In this document: positions 1 through 15,694 of the stretch, one piece after another
Position numbering within the stretch: position 1 is the first letter of the stretch
Layout: each line of letters starts with the position of its first letter
Assembly (NCBI RefSeq): GCF_006345805.1
Contig: NC_042998.1
Coordinates: forward strand, 111,600,001 to 111,664,000
Direction: 5' to 3'
DNA: 64,000 nt
Source: Octopus sinensis
Taxonomy: Eukaryota
The notes under the pieces: generated by a model
Told to the model about the DNA's origin: nothing
Database searches by the model: none
What the model saw: only the letters and a program-made list of their open reading frames with translations
Translations under genes and position numbers: made by a program

Positions 1-144
1 TAATTCTTGTTCACGTCGAATGTAAGGATCCGGATGGCCCCTGTGCAAAGACAGTCGAAACGCAGACAGATGTAGCGAATGGCCGGTAGAGCGGAAATGG
101 AGTGAGACCGGGATGTCATTGCCGAGTCTGAAGTCCGGATTATG

Positions 145-946
145 TATGTATGTATGTATGTATGTATGTATGTATGTATGTATGTATGTGTATGTATGTA
201 TGTTTGTATGTATGTATGCATGCATGAACGTCATTATTTAGTTTTATTTCAATATTTCATGCCAATAGAGAAGTAGCCGGTTCCTAACCTAGATCAACGG
301 CTCCTTCATAGGAATTTCAACATCAGCAGGCTATTTTTGTATGTATGTATATGTGCAGATTTCTATGATTTGCTTTATGTATGTATTCTCATGAATATAG
401 CTGCATATCTAGACATGATCATATATACTTAAATGATAAACTTTTGGAAAATTTTAGATTTTTACAGGTCCAGTGTTGGATTGGAACTGTAGTCTTCGAA
501 TCAGCTTTCTCCTTCCTGGTTTTGAGAAGCCTAATTTGTCAAGATTGGTATTTAGGCAGTCTGTTACATATCTTTTGGCCCCTGTAAAGACCGGTATAAA
601 CCTGGACTTATAATCTGGATAGAGTAACTGCAGATTTCTTAGTAATACAGCGTAGGTATTTTCTTTTTCGTTGATCTTTAGCTTTATATTAACATCCGTT
701 GGGCAGCTGATTTCCACAACTGTACACAGTTTTACTTCCTTATCCCTAATTACTATGTCAAGTCTATTACGTTTACTATGTATGTATGTATGTATGTATG
801 TATGTATGTATGTATGTATGTATGTATGTATGTATGTATGTGTGTATGTATGTATGTATCTCTGTATGTATGTATGTATGAATGGATGGATGGATGGATA
901 TGTATGTACGTATGTATGTTTGTATGATGGTATGTAAGTATGCATG

Positions 947-978
<32 letters not shown>

Positions 979-979
979 G

Positions 980-1049
<70 letters not shown>

Positions 1050-1094
1050 TTCGACTACGCTTTCCAGTAAATAATGTGATTTGTTGAATACTAT

Positions 1095-1143
<49 letters not shown>

Positions 1144-1179
1144 TTATACGGATACACACACACACACACACATCTAAGC

Positions 1180-1220
<41 letters not shown>
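145..1220. repeat. Compound microsatellite field (TATG)n/(TA)n/(TG)n enclosing a LINE fragment
   Basis: Direct reading: (TATG)n at 145-225 and 778-940, then (TA)n and (TG)n runs. Confidence 0.95.
226..777 (-). mobile_element. 5'-truncated R4/Dong-like RLE LINE, family B (3' end plus 3' UTR)
   Basis: C-terminal part of ORF 454..945 reads RLDIVIRDKEVKLCTVVEISCPTDVNIKLKINEKENTY..LQLLYPDYKSRFIPV, an RLE (PD-D/ExK) domain. The UTR matches 17460-17717. (ATAC)n flanks both sides in element orientation. Confidence 0.85.
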
Positions 1221-1459
1221 CTTGTAAATGCAGACGTGGAAAGAGAAAATAAATGCTGAAATTTCAATAATGCTTTTCTGCACTTTCCTTTTGGGTTTGT
1301 TCGACAGTAGTGATTGAAAAGAGAACATACATATAATTTGGATTCATTCTGGAAGCCGCAAAATATTTGAATGTTAATACACACTTTGATTGGTTGTTGG
1401 GAATCGATTGAGCTTGTGTAAGTAAAAAAACAACACAGATATATATGTGTGTATGTGTA

Positions 1460-1491
<32 letters not shown>

Positions 1492-1700
1492 CACATGTGC
1501 ATATATATGCATATATATGTGTGTATGTGTGTATATATACATGTATGTATGTATGTATGTATGTATGTTTGTATGTATGTATGTAGGCGTATACTGAAGG
1601 TGAAAGAAAGTGATAGAGAGAGACTTCAACGACAGAAGTACAGTGTAATTGAAAGAAAAATACCACGATAGCTTGCAAGAAGAGAATGGTTATAAGAGTG

Positions 1701-1731
<31 letters not shown>

Positions 1732-1752
1732 GAGCGAGAGAGAAAGAGAGAA

Positions 1753-1791
<39 letters not shown>

Positions 1792-2545
1792 ATTTTTAGT
1801 AAAGTTTTAGAATTATAAATAGCTACAAATGTTAAAACGCTCTATATCGATGATCTATGTAATTGAATGATGAAGAGAGAACGGTAACGATAAAAAGGTA
1901 AGTGAACGGAAAAAAATGTTTTATTGTGTAATATGTTGTTTAAATGATGGCTTGTATGACAGTTTCTTTATAAACTGCCGTTCAATATTGAGGGGAAAAT
2001 ATGGAAAAGATAACGTGGAAGAAATATAGTGGAGGATAACATGGTTACAGTTATAGCATAACGTAAGGTATAATGTAGAAATTTAAGAGAGTATTGCGAA
2101 ATATTAAATGTACCCGATTAATTTAACTATGATTAGTTATGAAACTTTATGCGTACTACTTGAGGTAAGGAGAATTAGTCTACAGTGTTTTTTCTCATAT
2201 AAAATGTAGAATTATGGGAAAAGTACTTTATACTTCTTCAACGAACATTAATACCTGTGTGTGTGCAAAAAGGAAATGAATTTCTCGGGATTGTCACTTG
2301 ACGGGAGAGACTTTCACGTTTTCAGAGCTGCATGAATACTAAAATTTGGAAATTTGTTTGCAAGTGTAATTCAAATTTTTCTATTTGATATTAAAATTGG
2401 TGTGATTATCTTTCAAAACCTAAATGTCCTCCGACAAAGTAGTGTCAGCATATCTCGCTGGAAATTTAAGCCCCGTTTTTTTTTTTCTGCACTAACATAG
2501 ACCCATCACTTTATTGTTATAGTCGTTGATGTTATTATCATCACC

Positions 2546-2577
<32 letters not shown>

Positions 2578-2762
2578 CATCATCATTTAAAATATACTTC
2601 ATGGACTGAATACATTTCTCCCGTTTGTAAATAAAAATATATATATATAACTGCTAACTATATAGTTCTCTGTCTCTATCACTCCTTCTATATATATATA
2701 TGTTTATGTGTATTATATATTAATACTCTGTGTGTGAGTATATATGTATGCATGTATGTATG

Positions 2763-2796
<34 letters not shown>

Positions 2797-2814
2797 TGTA
2801 TGTATGTATATATG

Positions 2815-2848
<34 letters not shown>

Positions 2849-2911
2849 TGTATGTATGTATGTATGTATGTATGTGCGTGCATGCGTGTGTGCGTGCGTG
2901 CCTGTGTGTGT

Positions 2912-3360
2912 AAATATGGACAGGCCAGATATTGTTGTTTGGGACTGAGGGGCAAAGGTATGTACCGTCATAGAGGTTAGCTGCCCTGCAGATATAAATA
3001 TCGCTTTGAAAATCAAAGAAAAAGAGGATATCTATGGACAACTGCTTCGAAACCTCCAGCTTCTATATCCAGACTGTGAATTAATATTCATACCAATAAT
3101 AATTGGAGCACTAGGTTTTGTTAGTAAACGCTTAAAGAGAATCTGGATACACTGGGATTTTCAGAAAGAGAAATCGACCGGCTAATTCGTACATTACAAG
3201 TGCAATCTGTGAATGGAACGGTAAAAATATGCAATACTTTTCTTAAGTTCCAAATGTGAATTTGTCTATGTTTACTACATCCTAAAGATAAAGCCTTGTC
3301 TCTTCGTTGGAAACCAGCTCCCTTCTAAGTGGAAAATTTATGATAATTAAAAAATAGAAC
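2912..3360 (+). mobile_element. 5'-truncated RLE LINE related to family B (different 3' UTR)
   Basis: Translates DRPDIVVWD*GAKVCTVIEVSCPADINIALKIKEKEDIYGQLLRNLQLLYPD..IPIIIGALG..; ends in an (ATAC)n tail at 3361-3420. Confidence 0.85.
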
Positions 3361-3896
3361 ATACATACATACATACATACATACATACATACATACATAC
3401 ATACATACATACATACATAAGAAAGTGATTTGGCTGCTTTTTCTGGTCGGACAAGAAAGTCGAGTATAGTAAAGCCGAAAAACTTCACAAGCTACTCCAA
3501 CAAAACAGTATTTAGAAGTTTTCTATATTTTAGAACTTTCTCAGGATCATGTAACCTTTATTCTACGACACCTATTCTTATATTGTAGCTCAAATCGGTG
3601 TGTTTGCAACGCAATAATTAAATTATGTACATACCAATAATTTTGAACCGTGCTTGAAATTTTTTTCAGCTGAGACTATTATATTAAACACCACCTGATG
3701 TCCACCTTTGGCAAAATTTGTTTTATTTGTTCACATTATTATGATTACAAGATCATTGTCATAGACATTTAATTTTAGCGAGAAATTTGATAAAAACCTG
3801 TTTTTGACAAAGGATGCCAATAATTGTGCTTGGTTACATACATACATACACACATCATACATACATATATATATATACATATAAATATACATATAA

Positions 3897-3966
<70 letters not shown>

Positions 3967-3978
3967 GTGTGTGTGTGT

Positions 3979-4010
<32 letters not shown>

Positions 4011-4534
4011 TTCTCTTTTAATTTAGAGTAAATTTGATTGATCACCGTCATGATGTCTTGATAGCAATCTTGATTTAACTGTCATCCTTTAAATTCTAAG
4101 GTTTTTCATATTTTTATTTTCCCAGATATCGTGATCATTTGTAGCGTGTGAATTAAGGATTTGCATTCTATCCCAAAGATCAGACACACTGTGCTCCAGA
4201 CGGGTTGGTATGTATCGTGTTGTTTCAATAATAATGAGTATGAAGTTCTTGGGTACTGGATTTACAAACTCCTTATCAATGGTCCGTAGATGTTCTCTTT
4301 CTCTTGTATTTTTCAACACACATACATACTTACATACATGCATATATACATACATACATACATACATACACACATACATACATACATACACACACACATA
4401 CATACTTACATACATGCATATATACATACATACATACATACATACATACATACATACATACATACATACATACATACATACATACATACATACATACATA
4501 CATACATACACACGTATGTATGTATGTATGTATA

Positions 4535-5675
4535 CGAACAGAGGTCGGATAAAATAATTAAAACCCCTTGTTAAATGGAAATTTTGCAATCCATCATTTA
4601 CAGCTTTAATACGTCGAAGAATCGACTCGTACATAGTGGTTGGTAATCCATTAAAATTCAACTACCAATATTATTTATAAACTCCAAAATTTCTTACTCC
4701 AAAATGCATCATAATGGTCCTTTTATTTTCAGATGTGCAAATTTTGTATATCATTAGCCGTGTGGATCGGTGCATTATCACCCTGGAATATTGCACTTCC
4801 ACCAAATAATAATATTTGTACAATAGGATAAACATAATTAGCCAAAATAATTGGATAACCCTTGATAATAATTCTGCCACATAGAATTCCATGATATAGG
4901 TGTCCAAATCATCACAGAAACACCTCCAAGCTTCATAGTAGGATCCAAACAGTTAGAGATGAAGGCTCTTTGGGGATGCTTCCAGGCATAAACTTGCCCC
5001 GGAGTGGAAACAATTGTGAATAATGTTTCATTAGAAAAGTTTATATTGTTCCACCGACCAATTTCAATAGTCAAGACACCATTTTCTCCACTTATTAGTG
5101 TTAATCGGGAAAATGGAGAAGTTTAGCAATTGCAACCCTTTTATTGTGTCCAGCTGTATGGAATTCACGACGAACGATTTTGGCTGACACAGGTTTATGA
5201 AAGTGGGAGATTAGCTGTACTCTCATTTTGATACCGTATGTTTTTTTGACATTGTATGTTTCATTATTTTGCGGTCCTAATGTGTATGATTTCTCTTCCG
5301 TCAAGAATTATGATTGATAGAGGTTTTATCTTGGTTCACGAATGTCAATTTGATTTTAGAAACTGTACCTCTCGAAACATTGAACAATTTAGAAGTTTTA
5401 GTGACTAATTCTTCAGCTATCCGTTCTCCAACAATTTGCTCACTTTGGAAATCAGAGAAGTCAGGTATCTTAACATATTTAAATATAAATATCTGCAAAA
5501 CAAAAGAAAAACTGAGGACTATATAATGGAGTACAAGGTATATGAACACATATTTATATAATTCATATGAGCATATATTTACGAAGTAGGGCAACTTTGA
5601 ATTTGTCTTATAGCTAATAATAGAAAAAATAGTTAATCTAAAGAAGCATTTCCATTATTTTGTCCAGCACCAGTA
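4535..5675 (-). mobile_element. Decayed Tc1/mariner DNA transposon
   Basis: Frameshifted transposase pieces: HTH (LFNVSRGTVSKI, 5301-5594), VSAKIVRREFHTAG (5101-5304), W..INFSNET..CLDPTMKLGGVSVMIW (4838-5074), C-terminal ESILRRIKAV (4600-4660). Degenerate terminal inverted repeats at ~4535-4565 and ~5649-5675. Confidence 0.8.
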
Positions 5676-7329
5676 TGTGTGTGTGTGTATTAGATATATA
5701 TGTATATATATATAAATACATATATATTGTATTATATTATATTATATACACAGAGTGGGGGGGAAGAGAGAGAGAGAAAACACAAAGAGAGAAACAAAGA
5801 GAGAGATTGAAGATAGATAGCTTGTTAGATGATGTTTATCTGACTATCACAAATTCATCATAAAAGCGAAGCATTTCTGTATTCAAAGGAATAGCCAATG
5901 CTATCAGTAAATTTAAGAGTTATTTTCTACATACGCCAACGCACAGTCACATATGCATACAAACATAGAAACATGCATAAAATCATAAACGAGCATACAT
6001 TAGTACACAGAGACGAATAGCATAGAAATTATGTTTACACCAGCTTTGCTACAAAACTGAAATAGACTTAAACAGCTTATCTGTGTAGAAAAAATGGAGC
6101 AAAGCTTTATAAATTAATACTATCATTGGATTACAAATATGGAATTCCCAGATGAAAAGATAGACATGCTCACCGCCAACTGTTCAATTAATAAATCAAT
6201 GTAACATTTCGATATCATTGATTATTCTTTTGCATCGGGAATCAATTATTCAAGATGAAAAACTGATGTTCTTTCGTTGGTGACAACATGTTAAACGTAA
6301 GAGAAAGCCATATTTAAATGGCAAAGAACGATTTTTATATTATTGGAGAAATAAAGAGAGAAGAATAAATCACAAAATACAAGCTGCATATATACGTGTG
6401 AATGTGTAGTTTACGTGTGTGCATGTGTGTATGTGTGTGTTCTCAGCACATATTGTGAATTCAGTTCCACATAACTTGTCGGACCTTTTAGTACAATGTC
6501 TATTTTCTCTTGACTGAACTAAAGATATTTCAGAGCGACACACATGTTTCAAATTATTGATCGATCTAACAGTTTCAGTTTTACTGTTGATTTTCTGAAA
6601 GGTGAAAATTATTTCAGTGTTTGTTTCGGGTGTTTTTTGTATTTTGCGCTTTGTTTCCTTTTACCTTTTCTTTTTTTTTTTATGTGCTTTAATTCCATTT
6701 TCGTTTTCTTTTTTTTTTGTGTGTGTGTGTTCCATTTTCGTTCTCTCCTGTTTTTTAGATGTTTTCTTTTAGTAGGCAGAGAGGGCTAAATTCTACTTAT
6801 GATTTTTTTTCTATGAGATTCAATGATAACTACTACCTTGTTATTTATCCACTTGTGGGTATTTAGTTGACTGCGCAGCTGAATTCTTGTCACATTTTGC
6901 TGTTTATATTCAGTAGAGCTTTGCTCGAGCACACCTCTCACGAAACGTGTTCCAGTCGTGGTTATGCCACACCTTTGTATATCTAAGACTATATTGTCCT
7001 ACGTGTCCGTCTTTTCAAACCGCAGAATGTGATTTAAGAGAGATATTTGACTGCTTTTTCTCGCAGATGAAGAATGGCAAAGGCAATTCAGAATCAGAAT
7101 TTTTTTTTTTCACATATCATATAAGTAAATGATTATCGTAACTCTGCGACAGAATGAGTAACAAACGGTAAGAATATAATAAAATTTAGGTAAGGATGAA
7201 AATTATGAGAAAGATATGAGGGTATTTTTTTTTAACAAAATGCGTTCCATTTTTGGTGAGTGAACCATACAGAGGAGAACGCTGTAATTTAAATATACTA
7301 GGTAGAAACAGTTGCCAAATTTTCCTCAT

Positions 7330-7338
7330 AATCATGTG

Positions 7339-7375
<37 letters not shown>

Positions 7376-7516
7376 AGAGAGAGAGAATGGGGTGATTATC
7401 CCTATTTGATGTTAACGCACACACACACACACACATACAAACGCACACATACAAACACATACACATACATACATGCACATACACACACATACACAAGTAC
7501 ATACATACAATCATGT

Positions 7517-7555
<39 letters not shown>

Positions 7556-7810
7556 TGTGTGTGTGTGTTTGTGTGTGTGCGTATGAAAGATGATAGTTAC
7601 TTTTAAGTTTTGCTAAGTATATATGAGTGGGTATATAACTGTCCGTGTTCTAACGAGTTCCTTGTATGAAATATAAAAGCAGAGAAAGGAAGTTCGATTG
7701 AAAGTTTTAAAAATGGATAGATAGACAGACAGACAGATAGACAGATAGGCTGACTGACAGACAGGCAGGCAGGCAGACAGCCATACAGACAGGCATACAG
7801 ATAGACAGAC

Positions 7811-7905
<95 letters not shown>

Positions 7906-7958
7906 TAGGCTGACTGACAGACAGGCAGGCAGGCAGACAGCCATACAGACAGGCATAC

Positions 7959-8031
<73 letters not shown>

Positions 8032-8175
8032 CGTAGGTAGGTAATTAGGTAGGTTGGTAGGTAAGTAGGTAGGTAGGTAGGTAGGTAGGTAGGTAGGTAG
8101 GTAGGTAGGTAGTTAGGTAGGTAGGTAGTTAGGTAGGTAGGTAGGTAGGTAGGTAGGTAGGTAGGTAGGTACATT
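7330..8175. repeat. Compound microsatellite (TA/CA/GA, GATA/GACA/GGTA)
   Basis: Direct reading. Confidence 0.95.
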
Positions 8176-9385
8176 GCTTGATTGTTAGACTGTTTTATTG
8201 ATTGGTATGTAGACTAAGAGACTGACTAATTGATTGTATGCTTGATTTTAAAAAGAAGCTGGTTCAGCCGTTTGTTGTATAGCCTATATCAGCTTTGATG
8301 AAGCAGAACTTTTGCCCAAAGCTTGACAATCAAACAATGAGATGCGATTCACAAAACTTTTATTCCAGATATTTTATGCTTTGTCAAGAGAAGAACCACC
8401 CAACATACTCCAGTATACAGCGATTTATCATGTAGAGGAAAGATTGCCGATCTTAAATATTTTCTTTCTTTCATTGTTCAATATATTGTTGTGAGTCAAT
8501 AGCTCTCCTTGTTTAGCTCCATAGCAGCCTGATAGATGGTCGAAAGCATTCCAACTACAACCATTCCGTCTTTTCATGCATGACAATTCTACTGATATTC
8601 TTTATTTAGTACGGTAGAATGTGTATTAAAGGAAACTTTTTGCTATTTCTATTAGGACGTCCGTACAACATAAAGTGAACTCGGAGTATCAAATATGACC
8701 CACTGCAATGTTTTATCCTGACCTTGGTTCAATATTGTTTAAAAATAATTAATTATTATTATTTAGTTTTAAAATATTCTGTTAAATATATACCACTAGC
8801 TTGTGATGATCGGAGTCGGTGCCTCACTCTAGTTTTCATTTACAACGGTTCCTATTCATCAAATCAATGAATCTTAAGGAACTTTGTGTTATCTTAACCA
8901 ATGAAAAAGAAGCTTACAAATCCATATACTAAAGGATGTGGCCTTGTTTCTCGTCACTTTATTTTTACAAACTAAGCTAAACGGAACTTTTTTTTTATTT
9001 ATATGCGTATTCATTGAATGGATTCTAGTGATATAAACAATAACAAAATGTTTTGCAACTGAGCGGAGCAATCTTTCTTTCAAACATTATTCTCTAGGAC
9101 TATAGATATCATTTGGATAATTTCCATCTCTGTTCTCTCACTAAGGACTCATAAGTGTCAATTGTGTCAACACATCTCTGCATTTAAATATTTATACTAT
9201 TTCATATTTTTTCTTTTATTTGTATTGAAGTTGTTATCGTGTATATTGACCCCTTTATCCACTTATTTTGACCTACTTTACGAATAGGATGTTTAAGAAT
9301 AACTGTCTCTATCTGGCTCATGGGATATAATTTATGCTTCTGCCCGGATCAAAGAGCCAAACGAGTTTTACATCTTGGCGTCGAG

Positions 9386-9581
9386 CAATGGTTCTCAATT
9401 GGGGTTCATATGGCCCTTGTGATTCCATATAAGATTTTGTTGTTAAAATTTATGTGCAATAAATTGCTTGTAATTCTACAATACACAATACACAATGTAA
9501 TTTAATTTTTTGTATACAACTAATAATATTTAAAATAGGAATCAAAGGATTCCATAGGCAAAAAATGGCTGAGAACCACTG
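9386..9581. mobile_element. hAT-type MITE
   Basis: Ends CAATGGTTCTCAA ... CTGAGAACCACTG resemble the CAGTGGTTCTCAA hAT/Charlie terminal inverted repeat; AT-rich interior; target-site duplication only partly recognisable. Confidence 0.65.
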
Positions 9582-10042
9582 GTTTAGAGGATCCTCAATG
9601 ACTAACCATTTATATATCAGAAGAGCCTGATGATGGCCACAGAGGAGAAGGGAGTAAACTCAGTCAGAGTACAATAACTGCTGATCTCCGGCACATATTA
9701 TTGTGAATCCCAAGATCTGGCTAAGAGGTTAAGGATATCATTGATGCAATTGTGTTTTTTTTTTATGTATTTCTTAAGTGTTTGTTTGTTTGTTTGGGTG
9801 GGTGGGGGAGTGGGTTGCTTAATTTTGAGAATTTTTTAAGAATCATTCTAAATTTTAGATAACGTTGCCTGGCAGCTTCACATTGAAACGAATTTAAATG
9901 AAGCACAAAACTAATTAATTCAACATTAGAGCAGTCAGCATTTTAGTTGCTACAAATGCAGTTAAAATACTGGCCTCTTCAGCTCAAAAACTACTTCAAC
10001 TACAACTCATTAGAATTCCGGAAATATAATGAAACAGCTGAT

Positions 10043-10175
<133 letters not shown>

Positions 10176-10739
10176 TTGGTTAGCTGTGTGTATATGGTGT
10201 AGGTTTGAGCCACTATAAATTCTAATTGGCAGTATATCAGTCAATCTAATGGTAACCCTACAATAACAGTAATTGAAAATAAATTGCTTATTTTCAGATA
10301 ATTTACATTCACCTGCTCACTAAACAATTCCAGTATATCGTAATATTCTGAAAGCAAGTTTGCGCCACAGATATTAACGCAATTAGTTTGTTTTTGTTGA
10401 CTGTTGGTGATCTTGTATCTAACTCAGCAACTAATCATTCATTCTGAAGATATTTCGAAGAAAAAGTTACAATAATTCGAAAAAGAAATTAATGTTGGTT
10501 TGTATTTTGCATCTGTGTAAATGCATCGTCTAACCTGATAGCTTTCGGAGGAACTAAGTGTCATTCAACTTTACGCTGTATTAAGCTCTACTTTCAAGAT
10601 TCAGCTCTTTGCTTAACAAAAAAGTATATATACAAAAAGGTAAATCAAATACTAATGATCGTAAAATAATCACAATTTGTTTGTGGTTATGGCAGAGTAT
10701 ATACTGAAAAGTAAACAATAATTTCATAATTTTATAATA

Positions 10740-10908
10740 GGCGCAGGAGTGGCTGTGTGGTAAGTAGCTTGTTTACGAACCACATGGTTCCGGGTTCAGC
10801 TCTACTGCGTGGCACCTTGGGCAAGTGTCTTCTACTATAACCTCGGGCCGACCAAAGCCTTGTGAGTGGATTTGGGAGAAGGAAACTTAAAGAAGCCTGT
10901 CGTATATA

Positions 10909-10956
<48 letters not shown>

Positions 10957-11149
10957 TTCCCCCAATATCGCTTGACAACCGATGGTGGTGTTTTTACGTC
11001 CCCGTAACCTAGCGGTACAGCAAAAGTGTACGATAGAATAAGTACTATGCTTACAAAGAATAAGTCCTAGGGTCGATTTGCTCGACTAAATGCAGTGCTT
11101 CTGCATGGCCACAGTCTAATGACTGAAACAAGTAAAGGAGTAAAGAGTA
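10740..11149 (+). mobile_element. tRNA-derived SINE, family S1, with internal (TG)n
   Basis: Head GGCGCAGGAGTGGCTGTGTGGTAAG..GGTTCCGGGTTCAG; collinear along its length with 24411-24850; tail GACTGAAACAAGTAAA. Confidence 0.9.
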
Positions 11150-11909
11150 ATATTCCTGATAAAATATAAAATAAACTCCTTTTCGCCATGACTGCTTTGG
11201 TTATTACTTGTTAGATGATAAATGGAAATTATATGATGAGTGGGCACAACGATGAAATGCTAAGTTCTGGATGAATTAACTCCCAATCAAGTGTTGATTC
11301 TGAAGGAATTAGTTTCTAGTCTAATGTCGATTTTACTATGTAACTGCTCTACAAACTCACCTCAATTAAGTCTCTGGAAAATGGGACATCCATTGTTACA
11401 TTTTAGAAATGGTACTTTGCCTATAAAACTGATATTTTGTGTTTATAGAAAAAAAAAACTATCACTAATTTGTTTGACACAATGCAATGTAATTTACACT
11501 AAATGCCAGGGTTACAATGTCAGTCACAATGACACGGACTCTTACCCAGTGAGACAGCAGCAATACGGTATTCTTATGCTGAATATCATCAGTCACAGCA
11601 TTTATTCATACTGTCTGTTTCAATACGGTAACCATATACAAAGTGTCAGCCATAATATAATATATTTATATTGATTGACAGACATAGTGTAGTTTATATA
11701 TATACATACAGGCATACATAGCACTGCATCTTATATCAGAAACAGCCGTAAGCTATTGAAGTTCATTTCATAACCTTTGTTTTTTTTTTCTGGTATCATC
11801 TTTTTGTTCTTATTACCAATCTATGCTCATCTAACATTGTGTTCTGAAGCATACATATATTGAGTTCTACACCAGGTTATTAGTTTCGCAATGCCTAAGC
11901 GAAATATTA

Positions 11910-12525
<616 letters not shown>

Positions 12526-12526
<1 letters not shown>

Positions 12527-13003
12527 GAGTGAGAGAGCAGTTCACGCCATCAAAGTGACACTGGGGTAAAATATATGAAGCCCAATATACCCATCATGAC
12601 TACTCGTCTGATAAAGGTACACCAGGCACATGCATCACAACCATATGTGCGCGACATGGTGATCTCATATCAAGATAAACAGCACATGACCTTGCAGGTG
12701 GGGCCCAGTTAGAATTTTCTTCAGGTTGAGTAGCCCATCCCGCTCAAAAGGTCCCTGAATAAGGGTTGTTTAAGGATAGTGAAAGAACCACCCATGTTTC
12801 CAAAGGTGAATTATTCAAACCCCAAAGAATCCCTCTCAACACATGGCTATGATGCTCCCCCACTACTTCTGCTCGTGATCAGAGATGCACATATCATCAG
12901 CCACTGAGGGACATGCTCAACTGATTAAGGTCAAACAACTGACAAGCAAATCTGTGGTATTGAGCAGAATATTTGCTGTAGCCCATCTTTTATACCAAGA
13001 CAA
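12526..13003 (-). mobile_element. Non-coding interspersed repeat R with (AAT)n tail, embedded in (ATT)n
   Basis: (ATT)n on both sides; its terminal ~50 bp recur at 35098-35147; no ORF or tRNA head seen. Confidence 0.7.
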
Positions 13004-13075
<72 letters not shown>

Positions 13076-14399
13076 GTATAGATTACTATATTATTATTAT
13101 AGTATAGTATAGATCTCGTGGTAATACAAACTAAGTTTTTCAAAACCATGATTATTTTTAATCCCTGCTGAATCTTCCATTGGTGGTATGTTTATATTAG
13201 AGCAAAGAAGAATTTTTTGTACGGTTTTTGGAGAAAAACTGCATCCGTAGCTATCTTGAAATCAAAGGAGAATTTCTTGGACGTATGGCTGGACAGGTAA
13301 CTGGTGGCGTATTGATGTCTGACCGGCCTTTGAGGGACTTGAAAACCAACATAAAAATGGCCAGCGAGGATGTGTGTGTATAAATCAGATGTGTGAGTGC
13401 GTGGATGTGGACGTCTAATGTCTATGCGTAGCATTTAGAAATACTAACAAAATATATTTTCAGTACAATTTCTTACATAACTGAAGATCTGGTATATTTA
13501 ATACCTTAACTTTTCTATTATTTGTTAATGTAGCTTTGTGTCGTTAATATTCGTATCATGGATTGGCAAAATTCGTAGGATGTCAGACACAAAATGCTAT
13601 ACCTTTCTTTCATCATTCTGGGGTCAATATTACTAAAGAAAGAGTCAAATACTGAGATAGTTTTAATCGACTGATTCTGCTGAAAACAAAAATATCATGG
13701 CTATATACCAATGCTAGAAATCAATACCTGCATCAACGACTTGAGGAAAATATCAAAATAGGAAAATAAAGCGATATCATTCCGAAACCAAAATCATATA
13801 TAAAAGAAGCATTAAATCTTAATAATATTCTTTTTTTTTTTTTTGAAACTGATACGTCTAGAGTTAAAGTGTAAACTTTTCGTATCAACGGGGCATTTGA
13901 CCGTGTCAACTATAAGTTTCCTTACAAGTGTGAAATGACTAGCTTTTATAATGCAAGCACATGCTACACTAACCTCTGCTAAGTCTTTGGAAAACGGAAG
14001 GAAAGTGCAGTAAATAAAATATCATATAAATCATAGTTGAAGAAGTCATTACCTTTCTGAGACACAATATATATAGTTAACTCATGTAGATGAAGACAGC
14101 AGAGATATATCGCTTACTTTTACAGAGAAGCAGTTTTATATTGTTTGTTTTTTTTTCTTGTTTTCCTGTTTTGTTTTGTCTTTGTTTTTTGGGGGGTTTT
14201 TTTGTTCTCTTTTCCTTCACACATAAAGACAAGTATATAAAAATTAGTTGTTTCAGTGTCTCTGTGCATATATCCCGATATTCGTGTGAAGCTCTATGTG
14301 TAAAAATATGTATTTGTACGTACATATATAATTTACACAAATATAGTTAAGTATCTATAAATATGTATACGTATAAATAAGTTTGTGCATGGTGGTATG

Positions 14400-14993
<594 letters not shown>

Positions 14994-15538
14994 TCTGTAT
15001 TTTGTGGAATGGAATATAGCTGATGGAAAACGAAACCTATATTTATGATGGAAAATAAAACTGAATTAAAATACTTTTTTTTTCTTTTTAGGATTTTTTT
15101 TTCTTTATTTCTTTTTTATTTATCCTGAGAACAAGACATGACAAACGCGTTTTATTGAACTCAGAAAATATATGGTAACATTTAGATATGTAAACATGGC
15201 TTGGATACACATTTCTATACGTATATCGAATAGATATGTTTCGATAAATATATACAGTTGTGTATAGGTGTGAGGGTGTACGTGCCCACGGATTTATATA
15301 GCCATTTCTTCATTTGTGCATGCATACAAAAGTGTAAATATATATATATGCGCGTTTCTTTACTTTCAAAAGTTGATATTTGGCAAAGACATTAAGGGAT
15401 ATACTGAAGATATACATAGCACATTATGAGAAGACAAGGGAAAAGAGTCGGTTTTGCTGAAATCGACACAAAATTGCAAGAATTTCAAATAACAAAGTTA
15501 ATCTTTCAAAACTCGACGACTGGGCACACGCACGCACA

Positions 15539-15652
<114 letters not shown>

Positions 15653-15694
15653 AAGGGTGGAAAGGAACACACGAGTTGATATATATATATATAT

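Noticed and set aside
4126-4207. Segment with strong splice signals (TTTTCCCAG..GTATGT)
   Set aside because: All three frames contain stops, so there is no support for a coding exon.
8290-8330. Hammerhead-like TTGATGAAGCAG..CAAAGCTT
   Set aside because: Both core segments are mutated and the stems do not pair.
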